A stretch of DNA of 63,409 nt, filler included, from Octopus bimaculoides (GCF_001194135.2; 10 parts of 10 records of this genome joined end to end with filler, not necessarily neighbours in it), one strand, 5' to 3'; counted from the first letter of the whole stretch, positions 1-14,211 are shown. The notes: generated by a model from the sequence alone, not told the origin. Numbers and translations are program-made.

Positions 1-31
<31 letters not shown>

Positions 32-1190
32 TATTAAGGCAATCATTATATCCAACGTAACGTGAATGTTTTGTAAGAACACCAAATACTGCATTAATTA
101 CCTAAAGAGGACCTCTCATAAGGATGTATGTTCTGGTGCCTTTAGCAAATGATTCTCATCTGCCAACGATATGTGTGTGTGTGTGTTTATGCACCATACA
201 TACATGACTTAATGGCATGGCAAAAAGAGGTCAATGGAATATGTACTATACTCTAAAAAATATTTTATGTGGTCGTTTTATTCAACTAATCACTTCAAGG
301 TGATGCCCCTGCATCATGTATACTAATTTTCAAGTTCTTATCTAAGCTATTTCTTGTCTCATCACAGAGGATGCATATATTTTTTCTCCTTGTCAAAGAC
401 TCTTTTACTTGATTGAGATATATTTATGTGAACTAATTTTTTCTTCATATCATTTAAAAAAATGTTATTACCTGATCTGAATGTTTTTATGTAAACTATT
501 TTTGACTCATTAGAGAGGATACATAAAACCTAAAAAATTTTCTTATTGTCAAAGACTCTATCACTTGATGTGAATACATTTTTGTCAACTACTTTTTTGA
601 CACCACAGAGGATACACAAAAACTTACACTTTACTTTTGAATATCTTTTTAAATAAGTGAAACTGGTTAAGTTAATAAATACNNNNNNNNNNNNNNNNNN
701 NNNNNNNNNNNNNNNNNNNNNNNNNNNNNNNNNNNNNNNNNNNNNNNNNNNNNNNNNNNNNNNNNNNNNNNNNNNNNNNNNNNNNNNNNNNNNNNNNNNN
801 NNNNNNNNNNNNNNNNNNNNNNNNNNNNNNNNNNNNNNNNNNNNNNNNNNNNNNNNNNNNNNNNNNNNNNNNNNNNNNNNNNNNNNNNNNNNNNNNNNNN
901 NNNNNNNNNNNNNNNNNNNNNNNNNNNNNNNNNNNNNNNNNNNNNNNNNNNNNNNNNNNNNNNNNNNNNNNNNNNNNNNNNNNNNNNNNNNNNNNNNNNN
1001 NNNNNNNNNNNNNNNNNNNNNNNNNNNNNNNNNNNNNNNNNNNNNNNNNNNNNNNNNNNNNNNNNNNNNNNNNNNNNNNNNNNNNNNNNNNNNNNNNNNN
1101 NNNNNNNNNNNNNNNNNNNNNNNNNNNNNNNNNNNNNNNNNNNNNNNNNNNNNNNNNNNNNNNNNNNNNNNNNNNNNNNNNNNNNNNNNN

Positions 1191-1270
1191 TAGCCATCCA
1201 GTTTCACCAGCCCTCAGTCAAATCGTCCAACCCATGCTAGCATGGAAAGCGGACGTTAAACGATGATGAT
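1191..1270 (+). mobile_element. RTE-type LINE/SINE 3' end with (GAT)n tail
   Basis: ...cagtcaaatcgtccaacccatgctagcatggaaagcggacgttaaacgatgatgat; same end at 28167-28355 (downstream of an RTE ORF fragment) and 29757-29977. Confidence 0.75.
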
Positions 1271-4200
1271 ATATATATATATATCAATTTAAATAAGAGC
1301 CATAGCACAATCCATAGTAAAACTTGTTTAATAACCTATGCACATTTCAATGCAATATCCCAACTCACTCTTGTCAGGAGATAAGAATATGGGGTCTTGC
1401 ATCTCTTCAGGGTCAAGTTACATTAATTCACAGCAGACAGCAAACAACAGACAACATTAATAGTTGTCCTTAAATTACATGTGCAAAGCAGTATCAACCT
1501 CTGCCTTTCCCTTGGTTAACATTGTTGATGCGGAGATGGGTCAGACTTTACTGCACTTATTGAAATAATGACGAGAGAATCTCTGAGTAGATGCACAAAA
1601 TTACAATAATATTACATGAATATGAGTGAAAATGTAGAATATTTAAAAGGATAAATGACTGAGGCTGGTTAATTATTTAGAAATGTCTTCTGTATAAATA
1701 AGAACAGCCAAGTGGTGAAGAAAAGATAATATAGCTTGATGTCTCTTTTGATAACTTCAGCATCTACAATAATGTATAGTCATTTAGTAAACATTATCAT
1801 TTCCTACAGCATCATTATTTTTAATCAGCATTTTGATGTGTGTTCTATTAAGTATGTTGATAATAATTTAACTATTGTGTTTTATGCAGCTGATGTCTCT
1901 GAGTAATTTCCTTCTGAGATTTACGTTTTTTAATTTAATCACTGCTTTATTCTGCCTAACTTTCAGTTGATTTTAGCCACTAGAACTAAACAAATTTCAA
2001 TCCAATTTTTAAATTACAAAGGAACTCTTTGCCCTTTTCCATGACATTTTGATGCTTTTAACCGCCATTCCTTGTTCTCTTGTATTCCCAATATCCCTAA
2101 ATCTAATCTGCAATATCACATTCAAATATCATAATAGACAATTGTTATATAAAACAACAGCTGTGATAAAATTTAAACACTATACATAACAAAAGCTATA
2201 TAAAACAATAGCTATATGAAATGATTGTTATATAAAACAATATCTGGCGGCTATTTGCTCAGTTTTCTCTCAAATTCATTCAAAATTCAAGATAATTTGT
2301 TCATTTATGAAGGATTTCTTTTCAATAATATTTTCTCAACAAACTTCTCTTCCCATAACTCAAAGTTCATATTCCACTAATATAATACACAGTATTTTGT
2401 ATCTTTTGAAGCTGGCATTTATTATATGTTAGTCGGTTCTGCCCAGGAAATAATATTGAATTGACTTGTTAAACTGTAAATAAATTTCCTCCCACTGATG
2501 GAAATACTGATACCACTTCCTGCCCATACATACTTTACACACAAACAATTCTTGTTAATCTTTATTGTGCACATGTACATATTCTTATTGAGAGATACAT
2601 ATTGTAATATTGATCTTAACTCAAATGGAACTAAACAGGATAACACAAAACTCCCCCAACTCGCTGTGCTCTCATCTTTAGCTCATCTTATATTTATAAA
2701 TTACTGATGCATGTTTAGATGGAGAATAAAAAACATCTTAATATTTTAAGTAGTTTTCTCATGAATAAATTATTAACAAGGTTTGCTTTCTACAAAATAC
2801 AGCTCTTACACATCAATAAAGATTGCTAATATTTTATAGGGATCTGAATAGAATACATTTCAGCCATCTGAGAGATAATTCCTTTATAGCAATATAACAT
2901 GAAAAAATGCTAAATGGCATATTAACTAAACATATCACAACAAATTACTTTCATTCTATTATTTTCTGAAGCTTACTGCAAATAGCAGTTTTGGAAATGT
3001 AACATTTTCTGTTTGGTCAATCAGATCAGATCTAACGTCATGTCAGATCAAACCTCGGGTCACTGCTATTGTCGGTTCAAACTTCAGATCAGTGTATTCT
3101 CAAGTCTATTCTAACCTCAGGCCTATTCTAACCTCAGGTCAGATATAACTTCAGGCAAGACTAACTTCAGCTGAACATTTCACTCACAACATTTATCCGA
3201 GTCTTCTTCTTTATTATTATTATTTTTTTTTTTTTTGCATCCTTTATTTGAGAAAAAAGAGGAAAGAACAGATCAACCTAGATATTGAAGATTGAGGTTT
3301 TAAAAGATAATCCCTGAACAGAAAGAGAAGGAGGGTTGGGTTCTAGAGGATTCCTGGTCTGAAGTAAAAGGATTAGTAAAGCGATTCAGTATGGGGATCA
3401 TATGAGACATACAAAAGATAAAGTATGGAAGAGAAGAGTGTATCAAGTCAGTTTGGGCTCAGATACTACATAGTTTGTTTGCAAGTTATTATAGTAATGT
3501 TAAAAAAGACAGACAGGAGACACAGAACATTGAGAGGGTAGATGTTTACTCCATGTTGCTGAGTGGGTGAATGTGTGAAGCCTTCATTACCAGTTCAATG
3601 GTTTTATTTTGGATAAAGTTAAAATGTATGTGTTATCTGGAAAATTTCACTATCCTAAATATTTGAACAATAATCTAGTGTGAGTTATATTTGCAGTTAT
3701 ATTTCACAGCTACTGAAATATATTGTTGCTTTGAGGAAATTTCTAGTCTTTGCCCTGGTTATTTTTAGAAATGACTGATGGATATGAAAGGTCAACAGAA
3801 ATAATGAAGTCTGGCATTTTGCAGGGAGTTTGAGGGTTTTAGTTGTGTATTATTTACAAATAGGGAGCCTGTAGTATTTCATGTTCCTTTGATATTTATA
3901 GTGGTTATATGACTCATCACGCACACTCACCACAACCTTCTCTTGCAGGAATTCTCTAAATGGATTTAATTATGCATATACATTCTTTGAACACGTGGAT
4001 AACCAAATCAATAGAAACCATGTTATTTAATAAATAATGTGTGGTCTAGATTTATTAGTTAGTAGGGCAGTGGGGGGAGGGCGATTGTTATGCAGTGAAG
4101 AAACACACTTTCAGCAGGTTTTAACTCATATCTCTTACTTTCAACAGTTTGATTTCATTTTTGACAACATCTCTTTGTCTCCTGAACTAGACATGATTTT

Positions 4201-4862
4201 CCCAGCTCCCTTATACCAAATAATTACATTAAAGTGGAATCAGACTGGTATTGATTCTAGACATATTTCATGAAATGTGCAATTTGTGATTTTGAAAATT
4301 ATTTAGCTTTTTGTTAACATGCAGTGTACTATCAAATACAGTATGTAGGAAACTATAATTTATAGTATATTATCATTTAACAATTAATGTACAATTATTT
4401 AACATATATTGTTCTAGCATTTGTATTATGTATCATTTATAGTGTATATTATGTACAGTGTGTATCATTTATAGTGAGCTATCATTTAACTATATAGTGT
4501 ACTAATATTTAACATGTAGTGCACTACCATTAAACATATCGTGTGCTGTAATTTAATATGTAGCATACTATGATTTAACTATATAACATCTCACAAGCCA
4601 TATAGCATTCATTTAAATATACTACATTCTACAGCATTTTGTAAACACATGATATTTATTTTATAAAATTATGCTCCTGTTTACTTTCTTATAATGTTCA
4701 AGTATTCAACCCAAGACACCAAAATACTTAAGCATGCAACACAAAGGCTGTAACAGAACATTTCAATTCAGGGATCTCTCATCCAGATCCTTCTGCTGCC
4801 ATAATTCATTTCTGTATTATTTCAATCTTTCACTTCTAATTACTATCATTGTGAAATTCCAG

Positions 4863-5068
4863 AATGCGCCCGTGACCGGCTAAAATATCTGAACATGATA
4901 AAGGAGAGACCAGACGAGAAAAACGACCGAATATTCCTGTGTGAACGTAATGGAAATTATGCTAAAGTGCAGTGTACTGGTTCGGTGTGTTATTGCGTCG
5001 ATGAACAAGGGAATGAATTGAGAAGTAGCACAGTTCACATTTCAGAGACTGGTTCAGTGAAGTGTTAA
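4863..5068 (+). CDS. Last coding exon of a thyroglobulin type-1 (thyropin-like) domain protein
   Basis: Acceptor ttccag at 4857-4862, phase 1. Translates xCARDRLKYLNMIKERPDEKNDRIFLCERNGNYAKVQCTGSVCYCVDEQGNELRSSTVHISETGSVKC*, with six Cys and the G-x-Y-x-x-x-QC...CYCVD-x-x-G motif of the Tg type-1A domain. Upstream exons not identified. Confidence 0.9.
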
Positions 5069-6182
5069 GTAAGTATTGGTCTCTCTCTCTTTCCTTTACT
5101 TCATCTCCCAATCAATATTTTGATAGTGAGATCTTTGCTCTGATATCTGCTACTACATCAATGGACCTCCATGCCTGTTCGTGCTGGCACCAAAACACAT
5201 TTACACTGGCAAACATATACCCTACCCTCATAACACCTGTTTCTACCAATAAAAACAATAATTTTTTCAACACTTTTCTTTTTTTTTTTTTTTTTTTTGA
5301 TTATTTTATGGTATAATTCTCGTTTAGTTATTCCATGTTTTTATATCACTTTCAAATAATTTCACTATTCTGTGCAGTTGATTTTATCTGACAAGTTTAA
5401 GTTAATTATATGCCATTCTGTAGCATCTAACTTGTCTAAAGTAATTTGATAAATCTATTAGCAGGGAATCAAGACATCATTTTACATGGAAGCCTTACAG
5501 ACACAGCCTTCAGCACTCACATCAAAGCACACCAATTCCACCATGATAATAACTATCATCTATATAGAAATTTTCATTCAGTAGCCAACTATTGTAGTAG
5601 CGGAAACACTCCAATTTCCAAACCATTGTTACCATAGATTCACATTTCAAGAGAAGTACTTCTAATGACCTTATTCTTCATGTACAAACATTAAATAGCC
5701 TTCAGTGAACAAAGCCAGATATCAATATGTGATACTCAATATAGCCTGTATGGAAGATGCTTGCATTATATTTTATAATAATATTTAACAAATTAATTTC
5801 TTTTGATGAATCCTTTTGGAAATTTATCTATCTAGTTAACAGAAATTATTTTCGGAAGCCTATACACACACACACACAAACATATATATTAATTGAAGTG
5901 TACAGTATTATATATCCATTACAGCCAACAATTTATATATATTATATATATTATATATTATATATATATATATAATATATACATAATATATATTATATAT
6001 AGTATATATATATCATATACTATATGTATATAATATATGTATGTAATATGTACATGTATGTATGCATATGTTATACATACTCAGACGTTACAGAAAAAGA
6101 AAGTGTTTCTGTATGTTAGCACTTATACATATCAAGGCAAAATGTGTTTGAATATTGTAAAAAGATATATATATATACATAC

Positions 6183-6259
<77 letters not shown>

Positions 6260-6652
6260 TATATGATATATGCATAAATATAAGTATACCATATAGAAAT
6301 CTGTTTATGCATTTTCTACATACAAATAGCTATTCATTTATATTAACAATAGTCTTTGCAGATGGTTTTCGAAGAAGATATCATTCCATCTTCTCAACCA
6401 ACCATCTGCAGTTAGCTAGAACTACTTCAATCAATATGGAAACTTTTCCAATTAACGAAAGTCATTCAAAATGAAAGTGAAGAAAACATTCCATCTAATG
6501 AGTGTAACTCAAAATCAACAAATACCAACATATTTTTAGAATTTGCAGCCTACATGTTGTATTTCCCAAGTTTTATGACAAGTATAATCCATGCTAAAGT
6601 TGGGAAGTTAATATTTTCTAAAGCAGTGAGTGAATAATAGCACATCAGACAA

Positions 6653-6830
6653 AAAGCTTAGTGGTATTTCATCCATCTTTACATTCTAAGTTCAAATTCC
6701 ATGAAGGCAAACTTTGCCTTTCATCCTTTCCAGGTTGATAAAATAAATACCAGTTGAGCCCTGGGGTCAAAATAACTGACTAGCTCCTTCCCTTGAAATT
6801 GCTGGCCTTGTGCCAAAATTTGACACCAAT
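6653..6830 (+). mobile_element. tRNA-derived SINE family A, decayed copy
   Basis: gttcaaattcc...actttgcctttcatcctttc..ggttgataaaataaataccag core shared with many copies in the window. Confidence 0.7.
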
Positions 6831-7854
6831 ATTTTCTTAGACTGTAGGAATCTAATGTTTTGGGTCTTAATTCCAACTTGTGTATTATTAAAACAGATGA
6901 GAGACAAAGCTTCTCTGTGCAAGAAGCTAATCTTTCCTGAAAGTTGGGCTGAACTACTTGCTGGCAGCCACTGAAGCATTTGTCAGTTAGTTTCACAATG
7001 TCTCTACTGCTTATATCAATGAAGTACACCAGCTTGGGGTACCTATTTATGGTAAAATGGAATAGGTGGTTCAGAATTGTGTCTTAACACTATACACTGA
7101 TCCCACTAAAAATAGGATATCAGCTAATGATACCTTTGTTGGACTGTGCCCTGCTGTCCTATAAACTCAGCCATCTTCAGTTCTAAATAATGACAGGTAG
7201 AGTTGGGGGAGGATGGAATTTCACAGAGATGTCTTCTTACCACACAGCCATGCCTGTGTATGTGCAAAAAATTCTTCATGAATTGAAATTTGGAGAATGA
7301 AAACAAAAACCCTAACAGCAAAGAAAAGAGAAGATTTATTTCAAGAAATTAATACTTAAGAAGTGAAATAGAAGTCTCCCATAGTGAACCAAAAGCATTT
7401 ATTTAATCAAAATTACAACTGTAATGAAGAGAAAAAATCATAGGCTTTGATGATGACTCTTGTCAAAAAAAGGCAAGGGTGACAACTTTGAAGTCCAAAT
7501 TAAAACTTTAATAACTGTTTGTAATAGAAATTTGATCTTTGATAAGCAGGGTGAAGACTTAAGACTTGATTCAGTCTTACTACCCTCTTCAACAAAATAC
7601 TGCATGGAAAGCGAATATTAAATGATGATGATGATGATGATGACTGGATTCACTTTGTTCACCTAAACCCATCAGCGCAGTTCCCCAGCATGGCCACAGT
7701 CCAATGACTGAAACAAGTAAAAGATAAACGATAAAAAACGATAAAAGATAAGAAATATGAAAGTCCTGCATATATTATGGCTAAAAAAAAGACGTGATTG
7801 TCATGGCTGGAAGGTCTACATGATCAGGGTTGACCTAAGGCTAAATAACAATAA

Positions 7855-8164
7855 CAACAACAGTAGTTTAGAGTAAAGATTTTTGCTGCCAACATAATAT
7901 GGCAGCCCTGGTTTAGGACGAATGTTGCTGTAATTTCGCCCCAGGAGACATCGTCTCCAGTTGGCTATACGTCACAATCTGTGTCCTTATATTTTCAAAC
8001 AAGGGGTGCTAGATTCCCTTGTTTGAAAATATAAGGACACAGATCGTGTCGTATAGCCAGCTGGAGACGATGTCTCCTGGGGCGAAATTACAGCAACATT
8101 CGTCCTAAACCAGGACTGCCATGTTATGTTGGCAAACAATCTCTACTCCAAAGTACTGTTGCTG
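7855..8164. mobile_element. Palindromic MITE-like element (about 145-bp arms, 10-nt loop)
   Basis: Arms pair around loop 8006-8015 (tttcaaacaaggg-gtgctagatt-cccttgtttgaaa); near-perfect reverse complement out to cagta...tactg ends; outer boundaries approximate. Confidence 0.85.
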
Positions 8165-8715
8165 AATATCTCTCGTTGTGAGATTTAAAAATAGTAATTT
8201 CCGAACAGTAGTTTACTCATATATCAACACAGTAAGCTCTTAGTTGCAAGCTCATTTGCTAAGCTGTTTTGGGGAAACATTTACAAAATTGATTTACTTC
8301 TGACCGATGTGAAAATGGCAAATGAGGAGACACACAGAAAAATTTGCAATGCATGGATCTATGTATGTGGTTTGTCAAATGAAACTCTTTGAGTATTGGC
8401 AGAGTGAAATATTGTCTTTCAGTTAACTAAATTAACATCCAAGGGCTGCAACATGTATTACGCAGTTATTGTATTTCATACACTTGACACAACCCAATGC
8501 ACAGAAATAAATGAATAATAATATGATGGATGATGTTAATAGCAGTAATATAACCAAGAACAGACAATATAAAAATAATGCTATATACTTGCTTAATCAC
8601 TCATTGAACCAAGTGGCACAGTGGAAGCTTGATAGGCCCCTAATCCAGAGATCCAGAGATCAAAACTATGCCCTACAAAGAAACAAATTCTATTTTTGAT
8701 ATTTATACATCACTC

Positions 8716-8929
8716 AGGGTAGCTAGCTGGCTGAATGGTTAGCATGCTGGACAAAATGCTTAGTGGCACTTTGTTTATCTTTACATCTGAGTTCAAATTC
8801 CACCGAGGTCATTTTTACCTTTTATTCTTTTGGGGTCGATAAAATAAGTACCAGTTGAGCACTGTGGTCAATGTAATTGGCTTAGTCCTTTGCTCCAAAT
8901 TACTAGCCTCATGCTAAAACTTGAAATCA
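8716..8929 (+). mobile_element. tRNA-derived SINE family A
   Basis: tRNA-like head (agctggctgaatggttagc...gagttcaaattcc) plus ggggtcgataaaataagtaccag core. Confidence 0.75.
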
Positions 8930-10840
8930 ATATTTATACATCACAACTGAGCTGTCCACAAACAATACTAACAATCCATCAATTACGACAATGACAGGGG
9001 TTCTAGTTGATCCAATCAATGGAACAGCCTGCTATTGAAATAAATGTGCAAGGGACTGAGCATTCCACAGACACATATACCCTTAACATAGTTCTCAGGG
9101 AGATTCAGCATGACACAAAATGTAACAAGGCTGACCCTTTGAAATACGGATACTACTCATTTTTTTTTCCAGCAGAGTAGACTGCAGCAATGTGAAATAA
9201 AGTATCTTGCTCAAGGACACAATGCATCACTGGGAATTGAACTCTCAACCTTACAATCATGAGCTGAATATCCTAACCACTAAGCCATGCACCTTCACTT
9301 GTCCACAAATATATCAACCATATATCTGTATAATTATACATACAGGAGTCGGTATATATTATATTGTGTTATAGAGGTTTATGCAGGGTCAAGGGGTCAC
9401 CAACTGACCAGGTTACATCAAAACCCAAGTAGCATAACAAGTAGAGACAATAGAAACAATAAGACTTTTTACTTAGTATGTAAGACAAAGGACTCTCAGA
9501 TCTGAAGGGGTTGTAGTGAGATCTCGAATCAAAATTTTAATTTTCAGTCACCAGGTTGGTGCTATGCAAAGACCAAGTTTTGTCATGCAGTCTGTCTTGA
9601 TTGCCAACTTGTCTGTCCAACTTGCAGCGATACCATATCATGAACATCATCTCAAAAGTCAATTAATGTCTGCATGCTTTTCATAGTTTGAAAGCAAATT
9701 TGTGCCAAGAACAACCGCACTGTTCAGAGAGAACTACAGAGAACACACATCTTCACCTTTTGCCAGGTAACGCCAAGTTTTCCTTCATTAAATCCAGCAA
9801 GAAATTAAAGGAATTCTTCTTCACAATTTCAGACCAATTCCTTCCAACTTCTTGGAGTTTACTAATCCTTATTGTGCAAACTTGTACCGAAGCTCTCTGA
9901 CATTCTCTAGCAGCAGTTGTTAAAAGTTTATATTCAATTGTTCTCCTGTTCAGTAAATCTTATATTAAAAATGCTCATTAACGATCACATCTGTTCATTA
10001 TGATATAACACAAAACCAAAGCAATAACTAACAACAACATACCACTGAACCAGAGACATTGGTGACAACATATTTCTTCAGTTAGACAGAGTCAAAATTC
10101 CTTCTGTAAGTTTTACCAAATGTTTGCCAGCCACTATTGTAGGCCTAACATCAGATGTTTCTGCTCAGAAACTTAATTTAACATTTGAGTCTGAAATAAG
10201 AAGATAAATAAATGAATGGTATGGTCATAGTTGGAATGTCATTGATCCTAAGGTGTCTATATACAGTCACTCAATCTAATAGAAATAGCAGCCAAATCTT
10301 CAAAATTACACTACCAATTTAATGAAACTAACACATTTCAGGATAAGACCCTCAGTACACTGTAAATGTTTGTGTGAATTTCTGAGATGAGGAATTATCC
10401 TCATTACCAGGGTGGTGCCCCAGCATGGCCACAGTCCAATGACTAAAACAGGTAAAAGCAAAAAATACAATGGGATTCTGAAGATAGCCAGATATTGTGA
10501 AAGCCAAAATGTTGTGGCTATTACAAACAAGATGAGAACACCTGTCAGAATATATTATCATCATCATCACCATCACCATCATCATCATTTAACGTCTGTT
10601 TTCCATGCTGGCATGGGTTGGGTGGTGTGACCAGAGATGGCAAACCAGTGGGGCTGCACCAGACTCCAGTATGGATTGATGCCCTTCCTAACACTAGCCA
10701 CTTTACAGAATATGCTGGATGCTTTCGACGTGGCACCGCATGGGCCCTTTTACATGATGCCACACAGGTGCCTTTACATGGCACTGCCATGGGTGCTTGC
10801 ACAACCAGAAGGATCAGTCTTAACACTTCTGCTGTGGGAT

Positions 10841-10946
10841 AAAAATATGGAACACTTCATGAATTTGCATGTCATCCTTGCACAGGGCCATGCTAATCTT
10901 CTCTGTATCCTTCCAATTTTTGTATATCTAATGCCAAAGCATGTAC
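10841..10946 (-). pseudogene. U6: U6 snRNA pseudogene, near full length
   Basis: Reverse complement GTACATGCTTTGGCATTAGATATACAAAAATTGGAAGGATACAGAGAAGATTAGCATGGCCCTGTGCAAGGATGACATGCAAATTCATGAAGTGTTCCATATTTTT aligns with canonical U6. ACAGAGA box and AGC intact; several CpG>TpG/CpA changes, a 1-nt deletion in GGCCCC and an altered 5' stem. Confidence 0.9.
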
Positions 10947-11085
10947 ATTAGTGTATAATAATAAATACACTGCAACTGAACACAAAAAAAGGTCAGGATG
11001 GTCACAGATGGCAAGCCTTTTCATTGAAAGTCTGCTTGTGGCTAAACAATCACAACAACATCAACAACTCAAGTAAGTTTTCCTT

Positions 11086-11520
11086 GGCTGTGTGGTAAGT
11101 AGTTTGCTTCCCAGCCACATTGTTCTGTGTTCAGTCCCACTGCATGAAACATTGGGCAAGTGTTTTCTACAATAGCCTCAGGCTGGCCAGAACCTTGAGA
11201 GTGGATTTGGTTCAAGGAAACTGAAAGAAGCTCGTCATGTGTGATTGTGTGTGTGCGTGTGTGTGCAAGCGTATGTGTGTGTGTGCATGTGGGTGTGTGT
11301 GTGTGTGTGTGTGTGTGTTTGTTTGTCCCTCACCACTGCTTGGAAATTAGTGTAGTGTGTTAACATCCCCATAACTTAGAGGTTCAGCAAAAGAAACCAA
11401 TAGACTAATTACCAGACTTAAGAAACAAAAATAAGTACCGAGGTCAATTCATTCGACTAAAATTCTTCAAGGTGGTGTCCCAGCATGGCCACAGTCTAAC
11501 GACTTAAACAAGGAAAAGAT
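11086..11520 (+). mobile_element. tRNA-derived SINE family B (CORE-like) with internal microsatellite
   Basis: ggctgtgtggtaag..gcttccc head, ttgggcaagtg..ttctac core, (TG)n middle, cccagcatggccacagtc 3' part. Confidence 0.8.
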
Positions 11521-11972
11521 AACAAATAGTCTTCTAGCCCACAACAAGACTACTCACTCACCATTGAGCTACAACTAATATATTGGCTGAAACAAAAATA
11601 GTTTGTATAGTGCATCAATGCACAAATACATTGTAGAAATTGGTAACTCTGCTGGAAAAAACAAACCTGATCAACCAAATATAACAGCAACTATTGAGTC
11701 ATGATGGAATTATTTTAGTCAAAGACTTATTCGAGAGACTTGACTTTCAGGTATTTGGTCAATATGGTTCTGCTCACATCTCAAACCAGTCATATAGATA
11801 TGACAAACTGAACACACTTCATCAACAGCAAACACTAATTTGTCAGACTCCATTTCAATTTTATCTTTCTTCTACTGCTTTACCACATGTATATATATGT
11901 GTGTGTGCAGGTGTGTGTGTGTGTGTGTGTGCAGGTGTGTGTGTGTGTGTGCAGGTGTGTGTGTGTGTGTGC

Positions 11973-12017
<45 letters not shown>

Positions 12018-12530
12018 TCTGTGTGTGTGTATACATATATATATTTACATATATAAACCTTCTTTACATATACATGTATATCTATATGTGTGTGTATACA
12101 TACATACACATATATATATATAAACCGTCATTGCATATACACTCAATACATATATATATATATATGTATACCTATATATGTGTTTGTGGGGGGATGTCTA
12201 TAAGTGAACTCTCACAAAAGCACAGACATATGTTATACACGAGCACTCAAACACATACATACACGCACATATATTCATTAGATATAACAAATATATGTGT
12301 GTGAGTGTATACATGTATATACATACATTTATGTAAAGTCATATACATATACAACATGGCAGCAGTCTAATGACTGAAACAAGTAAAAGAATAGAAGAAT
12401 GTGTGTATATGTACATGTATATGTGTGTGTGCATGCACATATATACATACACCCACACACACACATATATAGATATATGTGTGTACGTATCTATCACACA
12501 TACACACACATCTATATATATTTATATATA

Positions 12531-12643
<113 letters not shown>

Positions 12644-13076
12644 TAGATGCGTTGGCCATCTTGTATCTATAAGATCAAATAGTTGAAACAAAGAATTGTA
12701 ATTCTATATTACACGACCAATTTTCAAATGAAACAAATAAAAAAACAACATAAAACTGACAAACAATGCAAATATATCTAAATACCAAAAAATTAGCATA
12801 AACATAGAAAAGTATAGAATAACGTTAATGTTTGTGTAGGTTTGTATAAAGAATAGTAAAATGTCCTAATTTATCTCAACTCTGAAATATCCATCTGTTA
12901 GTATCACACGGCAATATAACATGGCAGAGTTCAAGGAATCAATAAAGACTGTCTATATATATATATATATTAGATGATTAATTGCCATTGAAGTTAATCT
13001 CCTAAACACCTTACATATCATCAGTTGCACAAAGTATCAATGACATTTCTGTTAGTTCTTTAATGCTAACATTCAA

Positions 13077-13487
13077 AGGTGCAGGTGTGGCTGTGTGGTA
13101 AGAAGCTTGCTTCCCAACCATATGGTTCAGGGTTCATTCCCACTGTGCTGCACCTTAGACAAGTGCCTTCTACTATAGTCTCAGGCAGAGGAAAGCCTTG
13201 TGAGTGGATTTAGTAAACAGAAACTGAAAGAAGCCTGTCGTGTATACGTGTGTACACATGTATGTATGTCTTTGTGTCTGTGTTTCTCCCCCACCACCAC
13301 TTGACAGTTGGTGTTGGTGTGTTTATATCTCTGTAACTTAGTGGTTCAGCAAAAGGGATCAATAGAATAAGTACCAGGCTTTAAAAAAAATAGGTACTGC
13401 AGTTGATTCATTCGACTAAAAATCTTTCAAAGCAGTGCTCCAGCGTGACCACACTCTAATGACAGAAACAAGTAAAAGATAAAAGAT
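13077..13487 (+). mobile_element. SINE family B, full length, CpG-decayed
   Basis: Same architecture as 11086-11520 and 20164-20550; partial copies at about 14225-14378(-), 15030-15240(-), 22190-22325(-), 23960-24130(+), 28415-28610(+), 44985-45120(-). Confidence 0.8.
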
Positions 13488-13639
13488 GAAAGATATCTCC
13501 CCTCTCTCTCTCTCTCTTTCTCTCTCCCTCTCTCTCTTTCTCTCTCCCTCTCTCGCTCTCTTTCCTTCTCCCTCTCTCTCCCTCTCTCTCCCTCTCTCTT
13601 TCTTTCATATATGTTGTTGTTGGCATTGTTCTTCTTGTA

Positions 13640-13676
<37 letters not shown>

Positions 13677-14180
13677 TTAGAAAATAAGTAACAAGGATGT
13701 CCAGGTATTAGTGCATTACGGCCATTTCAAGAGGTTGCATTTAACCGAACAATGCCAGCATTACACCAATTTCAAATACACTGCCTTCTTCGGATGCATA
13801 TGATCATATAGGTTTTCAACATACAGAATACTCCATTATAATTTTTTAGCAAATATTTCATCAGAACTAGAGAATAAAAGAATTACATGCTTGTTGCTAT
13901 TATTGTAGCAGAATGGACTCAAGGAGAAAATACTCCAACTATAATTTGGAGTCCTACCACAATATGGTATGAATGTGGCAACTTTCTTGGCATTAAACAA
14001 TATGCTTGGAGATCCCCATCAGCTAAATGGTATGATAGAAACATATATGTAGGTTCTTTTTCTGTTTTTTATCTTAATTTTTTTGAGCTTTCAACTTCCA
14101 ATCATCTTTTTACAAAATGCAAATATAATCAGTAATTACATCCGTTTATTCTCCATGTTTTTCCCCTTGTTTTCCCTTAA

Positions 14181-14211
<31 letters not shown>

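Noticed and set aside
355-680. Loose repeats with cagaggat(a/g)ca and ttgtcaaagactct
   Set aside because: Degenerate AT-rich local duplication with irregular spacing; not CRISPR-like and uninformative
9540-9960. Coding-like - strand stretch containing WYRC
   Set aside because: Stops in all frames, no recognisable family; at best an old TE remnant
11086-11160. tRNA-like A/B-box sequences in SINE heads
   Set aside because: Part of SINE bodies; no complete cloverleaf, so not called as tRNA genes
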